From Sminthopsis crassicaudata (Eukaryota): DNA of 64,000 nt. The translations under genes and the position numbers were made by a program. The stretch lies in contig NC_133621.1 of NCBI RefSeq assembly GCF_048593235.1, positions 299,345,146 to 299,409,145 on the forward strand, given 5' to 3'. Positions 14,682 to 24,629 of this stretch are shown here, piece by piece. Position 1 is the first letter of the stretch. Each line of letters opens with the position of its first letter. The notes beneath the pieces are model-generated. The model did not search any database. It saw nothing but the letters and a program-made list of their open reading frames with translations, and had not been told where the DNA came from.

Positions 14682-14991
14682 CGTGCACCTCGCGGCCCGT
14701 GGGCCCCAGGCGCCGATGCGGCCGGGCTGCACGCTGGAGGCGGCCGGACCGCAGCTTGCCGCTCCGTTCGCTTCCGGGACCGGGATCGGGGCCGGGGTCG
14801 CGCTGCCACAGCTCGTGCAGCAGGCGCAGCGGCGCCGGGGGCGGTGCCGGGACCGCCGGGCCCAGGCCGCCCAGCACCGCGGCGAACCCGCCGAACGAGA
14901 AGCTGGCCTCGGGCCCCGCGCCGCCCTCCGCCCGCGGCTCCCACACCCCGGCCTCGGCGCCGACCCCCGGGCCTCCGCCGGAGGATGCCAT
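14682..14991 (-). CDS. ANKRD54: ANKRD54 coding exon 1: MASSGGGPG...PLRLLHELWQ...RAARPHRRLGPTGREVH
   Basis: ATG in GCCATGG Kozak at 14991-14989; 3' part matches recalled human RAARPHRRLGPTGKEVH; gtgagc donor; exons sum to 885 nt (294 aa + stop). Confidence 0.9.
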
Positions 14992-16269
14992 GGCAACCGC
15001 GCCGACCCCGGGGCTCGCCACAGCCGCCGCCGCCGCTGCAGCGTCAGGGTCGGCGCCACCGCCAGGGGCTAGGCGGGGAGAGACCTTTCTGTGAGGTTCT
15101 ACGGCCGCGGACGAACAGTCTTTCCCACCAATCAGTCCGTCATTGCCGAGCGGCCTAGCCAATAAAGCCGAGGCTAGAGTTAGGAACGAGGATTGGCCGT
15201 AGGAATCCGACGGACAGAGTCACAGTCCAATCAGATAACAAGGCGTTCCACTATTCCCCCTCCCGCCCCCGCCGTGGCCAATCAAATAACTTTGTTTAGG
15301 ACCACCGCTCTCGCCTTGTTAAAGTTGAAATTGACACCCTCAAGTGCCAATCACTACAAGATTCCCGCAGCCAATAACAAAACTGGGGAGAAGTAGGATG
15401 GAGATTCTTTCAATAACAAATTTAAGTCTGCCTAGGTTTGGGGGTATTTTTTTGATCTTGCGGACTAAGCTCCCGCTCGTGGGAAAGCGCCGCTGGATCC
15501 TCGGGGAGACGGAAGGCTCCAGAGCGCATGCGCTTGAAAAGAAGGCGGAGGACTTTGAGGGGTGGGGAAGACCGGAGGCGTCCTCGGCCGGGCGTTTAAC
15601 GCACTCAGTGGAATTAGAGTGTGTGCATATTAACTTAAGTGTAAATGCATAATGCAGCCATCTATATTTACTAGTTATATTCTTTCCCGTTCACACCCAG
15701 GCTCGGACACTTAGAGCAGTGCGAGCCTCCTTGTCACTTTACCTCTGCCTGTTTCCTCAACTACCAAAAAGAAGTAACAGTAGCACCCCCTCACCGGACC
15801 CCTCACCTCCGGCATGGTTTTGGTTCTAATTAACCGAGGCAAAGCAAAGCCGCCACATCATCCATTCTCGAAACAGTTTGCATTTTTCCAAATTATGCGA
15901 TGTTTGAATTTTTAATCACGTGATGTACCGTGATTTTGGGGGCCCCTGACCTTGGGGCTTCTGTTCTAAGGAGCGCTGGGTCTTCCGGCTTAGGAATCGG
16001 TCTCAGGAAACTGAGCACTCCCTCTCTTATCGGAGGCCTCCCTAATTCGTGGGGAGATGAACTTCCCAGCCCTGCCCTTGAGCTATAGGATTAACAAATC
16101 CGTGACTGAAAGCGGAATAAACGTTATCTCCTCGGTTCGGTCTCCCCCGAATTTGCTTAGAATTCAGTCCGCTGAGCCACGACGTCACTCTGCTTTTAAT
16201 TAAATCTTAACACAGGTCTGGGACTTTTGGGGTGCCCCGTCTGGACCTCCACACATGCAGAGTCTTCCG

Positions 16270-16560
16270 CACTCACCTTGGCAAAATCTTAGGTTGCAAA
16301 TTTTTCTCCCCCACCCCTCCCTTAGATAGCAAAACAATCGGTGCAATTCTTCTAAAAATATTTCCATATTCTTCTCCCAGCACTAGAAAAATCAGATCAA
16401 AAGGCAAAAAACAAACAAACAAAGAAAAAGAGCAAGCAAACACAAAGTGAAAATACTCTGCTTCGCCCCCCTTCAGCCTCTCGGGATGCCGCGGTTCTTT
16501 CCATCTCAAGTCTATCGGAATTGCCTGAATCACCTCATTAATGAAAAGAGCAAGTTTGGG
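16270..16560 (-). mobile_element. L1 3'UTR fragment
   Basis: Similar to other L1 3' fragments (45320-45660, 47755-48060). Confidence 0.6.
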
Positions 16561-16959
16561 ATGTTTTTATTTTCATAAGCCTCGTTTATTTTTTTTCTCC
16601 AGGCTGCAAAGAATAAACATCCTGGGCGTGCAAACCCGGACAGGGCCGGAAATTTAAGGCCAGAAGCTTCAAACCGCAACACTGCTGGTGTCCCCCTCCC
16701 CCACTACTTGCTTTTGAAATCATTCGAGACAAACCTTTCAGGCTCCGAGTTCTTTTGTTCGGTAAAAGCACCTTCCCCTACACTGAATCAGTAACAATTT
16801 CCATTCAGCAGGGAAGAGAGAATGAACTTTTGCTGAGAAAGCTGAGTTTTGACTCCCTTCATTGATGCAATCACTCGGGGAAACTTTAAATCCAACCAAA
16901 CCCCTTCTGTTAATCTCTGGGGAAAGATTTGGAAAAAGCCAAACCCTAATCTTAGCTCT

Positions 16960-17470
16960 GGTATGAATCAGACAAAAAGTGGGCTCCCACTGAGGCATGG
17001 GGAACTAGTAGGATAGTCTTGCACCCTACCTTTTCCAGGGCAAGTCTTGCAAAGTGGGAGTAGTTGAGGGGATTGATGTGGGTTGTGGCCCCTTTAAGAA
17101 ACTAGTCCTTTCAGATTGATTTATTCCTTTCTGATTCCCAGCCCCTCCTAGCAGATGCTTTATCAATTTAAGAAGACAGGAACTTTGATTCACAAATCCT
17201 GGTGAAAAACGCCCCTTTGAATTCCAATAGGAGATGTCCAGGCTCTCACAACCCCCATGGGATCTGAGCCAACTTGGACTGCCCCAGCCCCCATTCTAAT
17301 GATCTGCCCAGGTTTCCCAACAACCACCAAGCAAATTCTCGCCCTCATTGAAACCCAGCCAGGAACCAACTTGGGACTCCACCCACGGGCCCCTTTAGCT
17401 AAATGTCTCATTATAAAAGAGCCAAGCTGGAGTCCTCTCTTTGCAGAGATTCCAAATATGGCAGGCTTAC
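16960..17470 (+). mobile_element. Possible ERV LTR fragment (U3/R-like)
   Basis: TATAAAAG at ~17413 in an LTR-like context; resemblance from memory only. Confidence 0.4.
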
Positions 17471-17472
17471 AC

Positions 17473-18210
17473 CTGGTGGCGCCGTGGATAGAGCACCAAC
17501 TCTGAAGTCAGAAGTTCTTTTTTTTTTTTTTTTTTACATTTTTTTTTTAATTTTTTATTTTATTTTATAATTATAACATTTTTTGACAGTACATATGCAT
17601 GGGTAATTTTTTACAACATTATCCCTTGCACTTACTTCTATTCAGATTTTTTTCCCTTCCTCCCCCAACCCCCTCCCCCAGATGGCAAGCAGTCTTATAT
17701 ATGTTAAATATATTACAGTATAATTTAGATACAATATATGTGTGTAGAACCGAATTTTTTGTTGCACAGGAAGAATTGGATTCAGAAGGTAAAAATAACA
17801 GTTTACATTCATTTCCCAGTGTTCCTTTTCTGGATGTAGCTGGTTCTGTCCATCATTAATCAATTGGAATTGGATTAGCTCTTCTCTATGTTGAAGAAAT
17901 CCACTTCCATCAGCATACATCCTCGTACAGTATCATTGTTGAAGTGTATAATGATCTTCTGGTTCTGCTCGTTTCACTCAGCATCAGTTGATGTAAGTCT
18001 CTCCAAGCCTCTCTGTATTTCTCCTGTTGGTCATTTCTTACAGAACAATAATATTCCATAACATTCATATACCATAGTTTACCCAACCATTCTCCAATTG
18101 ATGGGCATCCATTCATTGAAGTCAGAAGTTCAAATGTGACCTCAGACACTTAGCACTTCCTAGCGGGGTGACCTTGGGCAAGTCACTTAATCCCAATGCC
18201 TCAGCAGTAA
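17473..18210 (+). mobile_element. SINE split by an antisense L1 3' end (17518-18116) with 15-bp TSD TGAAGTCAGAAGTTC
   Basis: TSD at 17503-17517 and 18117-18131; poly-T at 17518; SINE core resumes after 18131. Confidence 0.9.
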
Positions 18211-18289
18211 ATAGATGAATGAATAAAGTGATTATGCATAGAACTTTGTGCCTCAGTTTACTTCATTTTAACTGTTACATTTCTCTAGA

Positions 18290-18560
18290 ATAGTACTGAT
18301 GTGCTTTAGGAGCAGGCATTTTCAGCACAGAATGATGCACAACGGCCATTCTTTGGCAAAAGATAGGTTTATTTAGGAGACGAGATTCAGAAAAAATGAA
18401 GAGATACAATAGACATCAGAAATAGTAAATATGAACTAGAATTGGAAGAACATATAATTAGCAAGAAAAAGCTTTTAACAACTGATAATGGAAAAGTCAA
18501 GTTCCCCAGTGGAACTTTTGGCTGACAAGTTAAATCCATAAAAGAGCTTTACACCCTAAA
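18290..18560 (-). mobile_element. Possible ERV LTR fragment (R/U5-like)
   Basis: Minus-strand AATAAACCTATCTTTTGCCAAAG..TGGCCGTTGTG; resemblance from memory only. Confidence 0.4.
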
Positions 18561-18569
18561 AGAGTTAGT

Positions 18570-19630
18570 TAATGGGTTTGTATCCCAAAGAAATCATAAA
18601 AAAGGGAAAAGGACCCACATGTGCAAAAATGTTGGTAGCAACCCTTTATGAAGTGGCAAGAAACTAGAAACTGAGTGGATGCCAATCAGTTGGGAAATGG
18701 TTGAATAAGTTATGGTACATGAATGTTATGGAATATTATTGTTCTATAAGAAACCATCAGGATTGCAGTAAGATAACTGTATAAATATGTATACATATAT
18801 TGGATTTAACCTATATTTTAATATATGCTGGACTAGGGGGCAGCTAGGTGGTGCAGTGGATAGAGCACCGGCCCTGAATTCAGGAGACTGGAGTTCAAAT
18901 CTGGTCTCAGACACTTAACACTTCCTAGCTGTGGGACCCTGGGCAAGTCACTTAACCCCAGCCTCAGGGGGGGAAAAATATCTGACAAAATATATGCTGG
19001 ACTACCTGCCACCTAGGGGAGGGGGTGGGGGAAAATTTGGAACAGAAAGTTTTGCAAGGGTCAGTGTTGAAAAATTATCCATGCATATGTTTTGTAAATA
19101 AAACACTTTAATAAAATTAAGAAAGAAAGAAAGAAACCACCAGCAGGATGATTTCAGAAAAGCCTGGAAAGGCCATGAAGCTAAGTGAGGTGAGCAGAAC
19201 CAAGGGAATATTATATACAGCAACAAGGTTATGTGATGATCAACTATGATGGACTTGGCTCTTTTTCAACAAAGTGGTGATTCAAAGCAATCCCAATAGT
19301 CTTGTGATGGCAAGGGCCAGCAACATCTAGAGAGAGAACTATAGAGACTGAAGGTGGATCAAAGTATAATGTTTTCATTTTTTGTTGTTGTTGTTTGGGT
19401 TTTTTTTTTTCCTCATTTCCCCCCCCTTTTGATCTAATTTTTCTTGTACCACATAATATGGAAATATCTTTAGAAGAACTGCACATTTAAACTATATCAG
19501 ATTTCTTGTTGTCTAGGGAAGGGGGAAAGGGAAAGGGAAAAAAATAAATTTGGAAGACAAGATTTTGCAAAGATGAATGTTAAAAAACTATCTTTGCATG
19601 TTTTGGAAAAAATAAAAAGCTATAAGGAGA
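18570..19630 (+). mobile_element. Stacked L1 3' fragments containing a nested SINE (18836-18988, 16-bp TSD AATATATGCTGGACTA)
   Basis: TSD at 18820-18835 and 18989-19004. Confidence 0.85.
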
Positions 19631-19879
19631 AAGACACCATGAAGCAGTGTCATGGAGTTATTACCCAAAAGGGGTTTAACAAAGATGGCAAGAGCCATGG
19701 AGAGATTTACAGGGGAACCTCAGGGGTTTGAGGTAACATGGATTTCTGACCAGACATAGTAAAGTGGGGCTGCCCACAACCTCCAGAGGGTGGGCCTGGG
19801 AGGTAAAACTGTGCCCAGTCAGTACCCTTCTCTGCTTGGGGCCGGGAAGTGAGGGAGATTCAAAACTTTCTGAAGACAA

Positions 19880-20150
19880 TTAGAATGGATTCAATGGAAC
19901 CATCAGGTTGTAGCAAATGGAGAACCTTTGAAAGCAGCAGGTAAATGCCTATCTTGGCAGTACACTTTCCAAAAATGAACACAGATGACATTGATGCAGA
20001 CATTACCAGAGCTAGCTCAGTGTTTGGGAGGATCCAAAGTGTGGGAGAGCTGCCTACCAAACTGAAGGTCAACAGATCACTGTGCTGACATCATGCTGGA
20101 TGAGTCTTAAACCTGGATCATACACCAGAACCATTCTAGGAAACTGGATC
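19880..20150 (+). mobile_element. RTE-clade LINE reverse-transcriptase fragment
   Basis: Degenerate YLGSTLS...ITRASSVFGR...TKLKV motifs. Confidence 0.75.
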
Positions 20151-20501
20151 ATATTTGGGCCAGGAGAGGCTTCAGTTTTTTATATGCTTTTGTAACTTTT
20201 TAGACTTTCTGGACTACAAGCAATAGCATTTTGAGGCAGACTGGAAATGGGGGAACATGTAAATCTTGGGGTCGGAATGTTAACTCTGTGGTCCCAAGAG
20301 TTGCCAAAGATCAGGTCTGTTCAAATGGGATGATGTTTTCTCTGTGATTAATCTTAACAGAACATATTGTTTGAGCGGGCCACATCTAGGATAGTGAAGG
20401 CCTCCTGGAGATAATCAAGTCAGGTAAAAGGGAAATCAAATAGTCAAGAGGGTCTATCTCTACATATACAACATTCATGGTCTCAGAGGTCACTTTTCTT
20501 C

Positions 20502-20639
20502 CTTTTTTTCTGAAGCTGAGGTTAAGTGACTTGCCCAGGGTCATACAGCTAATGTTAAGTGTCTGAGACCAAATTTGAACTCGGGTCCTCCTGAATTCGA
20601 GGCTGGTGCTCTATCCACTGCACCACCTAGCTGCCCCCC
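20502..20639 (-). mobile_element. WSINE1-like SINE
   Basis: Reverse-complement head and core. Confidence 0.88.
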
Positions 20640-21719
20640 TCAGAGATTATTTGTCTAGGGAGCAAATATCTCCCCCAAAATGAAGGTACACAGCTTTAAC
20701 TACCTCCTCCAAACATTTGACAATTTGAGAGTGTTAAAGGGCTAGCACTTGGGACGCAATTTCTCGTTTCAAAAGAAAAGTCATCCCCAGCCTATTACTG
20801 TTCCTTAAATTCTTGGCTTGGGGGATGCTGTGAGTCTGGAAGCAAAGGCCAGTAAGTAGTGCCTGGTTCCTTCTCCAAATGAAGGAATATTCCTCTTGGG
20901 ATTTCAGAGAAAATAAGTGAGAAGGGCTGACAAGATCCTCCTAGATACATTTCAGCAGCTGCTACCTTTTAATGGATAAACGGTGAAAACTAACTCTATA
21001 TCCAGGGGAGAAAAAAACAGTGCACATAGGAGAAAGCCAAACGGAGCTAAGAGGCTTGAGTAAATGATATAATTGAAAAAGTCTTTATTAAATGTTTACT
21101 ACAAAACAAAATCTGAGGATATAAAAAAAAGGAAACTGAGTCACTTGATTTTTAATTAGAAAAGATAATTCAACTACAGGATGAGTAAAAATATTCCCCA
21201 AACCACAGGATAAAAAATGGCAAGGTGCAACAATCTTTAGGGACATAGAAGGATATTCTTTATGGGTAGCAGAAGTTGCAGGTATAGTCCAAACAGGACT
21301 GGTCTCTAATATGGGAATAGCTAGAGTGAGACACAGCAGGCTAGAGAGTGGTAGTTTACAAACTAAGTCCTCCTGGAGAGGTTTCATCTTTCTGGGCAAA
21401 GGCAGAGTTGATACACATAAAAACACAAGGAGGGAAACATGCTATTTTCACTTTTTTTCTGCTTTGTTTCTTCTCTCCCATAGTTTTTCCCTTTTGTTTT
21501 CATTTTTCTTCTAACATGATTCAAAAAAATTTAAAGGATATAACCATTAAAAAAAAAAAAGAAGAAGAAAAAGGAAAACAAGGGAGAAAGGAACTTGGGT
21601 CAGAACACAATAATTCCTATGTCTTAAAACAGTTCCAATGGCAGGCCTAGCCATGCATAGGTATTTTAGGAACATAGGTGTTTGTTTTTTTATTTGTTTG
21701 TTTTGCTTTTTTAGTGTCC

Positions 21720-22648
21720 CTTTTTTTCCTTTCTTTTCTATTAATTTTATAATTATAACATTTTTCTTTGACAGTACATATGCATAGGTAATTTTTTTTT
21801 TTAACAACATTATCCCTTGTACTCCCTTCTGTTCCAAATTTTCCCCCTCCTTCCCTCCACCCCCTCCCCTAGATGGCAGGCATTCCCATACATATTAAAT
21901 ATCTTATAGTATATGCTTGGTACAATATATATGTGCAGAACCGAATTTTGTTGTTGTTGTTGCAAAGGAAGAATTGAATTCGGAAGGTAAAAATAATCTG
22001 GGAAGAAAAACAAAAACAAAAAAAATATGCTCACAGTTTACACTCATTTCCCAGTGTTCCTTCTCTGGGTATAGCTGATTCTGTCCATCATTGATCAATT
22101 GGAATTGGATTAGCTCTTCTCTATGTTGAAGATTTCCACTTCCATCAGAATACATCCTCATACAGTATCATTGTTGCTGTGTTCAATGATCTCCTGGTTC
22201 TGCTCATTTCACTCAGCATCAGTTGATGTAAGTCTCTCCAAGCCTCTCTGTATTCCTCCTGTTGGCTTTGACCATTTTTCAATTGGAGAATGGTTTGATT
22301 ATAAATTAAAGTCAATTCTCTGTATATTTTGGCCTTTATCAGAACCTTTAACTATAAAAATGTTTTCCCAATTTGTTACTTCCCTTCTAATCTTGTTTAC
22401 ATTAGTTTTGTTTGTGCAGAAACTTTTTAATTTGATGTAATCAAAATTTTCTATTTTGTGATCAATAACGATCTCTAGTTCTCCTTTGGACACAAATTCC
22501 TTCCTCCTCTTCAAGTCTGAGAGGTAAACCATCCCATGTTCCTCTAATTTATTTATGATTTCGTTCTTTATGCCTAAATCATGGACCCATTTTGATCTTA
22601 TCTTAGTATGTGGTGTTAAATGTGGGTCCATGCCTAGTTTCTGCCATA
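21720..22648 (-). mobile_element. 5'-truncated L1 with internal deletion (ORF2 segment joined to 3' end near 22265)
   Basis: ORF 22299-22631 encodes L1 ORF2-like DPHLTPHTKIRSKWVHDL...YIKLKSFCT; 3' part near-identical to 17550-18116. Confidence 0.88.
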
Positions 22649-24156
22649 CATAGGTGGTTTTTAAGTCCTAAGGGAACAGTTCTTAAATTGTGTCAAATCT
22701 TGAGGGTGACTGAGCTTTGTGAATGTTCGACAGGCATACTGAACCAGAGTTAGAAAGGCAGGAAGAGGAGTACAATAGTTTCTAGTTCAGTTCATTTCAC
22801 AGTTACATAAGCACAGGAACTCTGGGATTGTGAGTATGTCAAGAGTCTTGATTTATCACCTTCTAATGGAGCATGAGTTGTAGCTCTGGTTACAGACTAT
22901 TTTCTGGGAAATTGAGTTCTAATATGGAAATCAATCTTTTGACACAGAAGAGGTAGAGATGATATGCTTTTCAGGTCTATCTGGAGCTGGGTCTCTCTGT
23001 GCTATCAGAAATCTCCTTTTCTGTCTCTTTCTTTCTTATTTGGCTATCAGCTCTTACAGGCTTATAAAGTCAGTGAAAACAGTAGGAAGGATGAGAAAAG
23101 AGCAGTAATTCCCCAAATGAATCCCGGGCAAGGGGCAGATCAGAAAACTAGTGATAGTTTTCCTTTGGCTATATATGGGTAACAGAAGTTTGTGATCTTG
23201 AATCAGCTAATAATGATTAAAGATGGTGGAATGGAGAGAATTAGCTCAAGGCTATTCCAAGGTGGCTCCTGAGCTTTCACTTTTTTATATAAAGGGTCCT
23301 TCACTGGGCTATTGGCAATACTTCCATTTTCGTGTTTCCAGGGTTCTAAGGTAGTAATTGGCTTAATGAGATTTAGGCATCAGGTCTCCCCACTTTTCCT
23401 CTCCACTTAGGAGGCAATGTCTATTTCCTATAGGAACCAAGGTGTCATCCCAAATACCAAACTCCTTCTGACCTGAGCCTTTTTATCACTGTTTTAGAAG
23501 CAGAGATTTTCCCAACAATTTGGGATGGAAGAAAAGCAGGAAATAAGTACTTATTAAGCATCTACAGTGTATCATTTTATAAAGGGCTTTATAAATATTA
23601 TTTAGGGAAGTAAGGCAAAAAAGCAAATTGCATAGGCAAGGAGACAACCAAATCTCCTAAAGAGTGGGTTTGTTTTTGAAACTCTTTCTCAGTAGTTTGA
23701 CCAATGCTAAGGGCAGTGTTACTGTAATCTGTTTTTGTTTTTTTTTTTTTTTTTTTTTAAGTCAAATGGCACATTGCTCAAGGGATGGAAGAGACAAACA
23801 GAGCTAGTGATCCAAACAGGCAGGAGGCTGGGGAGAAGAAGAGCAATAGAATGAGGCAGCTCCTGCCGGGCCTCTGTAAGATCACCTGTCCAAGAATCTA
23901 ACAGGGTAAGCCTAGAACAGGTGATCATTTCAGATGAGCACCAGAGAGGTCCTTATCTGGCGGGCTGCTGATCCAGCAGCAAAGCACTTTATTATGAACC
24001 TCCTTGAGGGCACAGATCATGGCTAAGAAATATCAATAATCCCTAAGGGTTCTCCATATCCACGATCTACAATTAAGGCAAAGTACAGGTGTCTCCAAGG
24101 TAGGGCTAAGGCAAGGAACAGGTCAAAACACCCCCACAATCCAGATGCTTTCTTTC

Positions 24157-24192
<36 letters not shown>

Positions 24193-24629
24193 AAACCTCC
24201 CTCCCTCCCTTCTTCCAAGATTATATCTCTCACCCTCATTAGAGTTGTTTCCATTTTCAAGGTCCCAGTGCTGCTGGCTAACAGGGATGGCAAGCTTGGG
24301 CTTTTTAATCCTTTTGTACTTCTTCCTAAGAGAAACACAAAATCTCTTCTCTCCAAGCACCAAGGGGCTACAAAGTGCATCCCTTCACTCGGTTTAGATT
24401 GAGTGTTATTAAAATCTTGGAATGGGAAAGCTCTTCCACACAGTTTAGGATTTTAAGGCACAAGGTGAAATTACGAAAAAAAGATAGAAGTCACATCTCT
24501 TAATAAGAAGCTGGGGTTTGGGCTTTTTAAAAATTATTTCTTAGAGGCTTGAGCCACATCAAGAGGATGGGTTTGGAGACTTCTCTATAGTCTAGGCTTT
24601 CAGAAGTGAGTGACTTTCTCTTAGGACAG

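Larger units (their letters stand above)
14050..15560. promoter_or_regulatory. ANKRD54 CpG island and promoter: 7 CCAAT boxes, GC boxes, NRF1 palindrome GCGCATGCGC, RBPJ-type CGTGGGAA
   Basis: CCAAT at 15128, 15159, 15192 (reverse), 15227, 15278, 15347, 15371; CGTGGGAA 15478-15485; NRF1 motif near 15524. Confidence 0.8.

Noticed and set aside
14992-15162. 57-codon in-frame upstream extension of ANKRD54 (TTG/GTG starts)
   Set aside because: Lack of stops is expected in GC-rich 5' sequence; the ATG at 14991 has an optimal Kozak context and gives the expected protein length
20160-20960. Short Gag-like peptides (TFRPQDL, YWPLLPD) on the minus strand
   Set aside because: Order is not colinear with the real Gag and many stops intervene; chance matches
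22650-24620. Possible pro/pol/env remnants downstream of gag (RQKR, WK..GPF)
   Set aside because: No DTG, YXDD, DDE or immunosuppressive-domain motif; fragments too short to support
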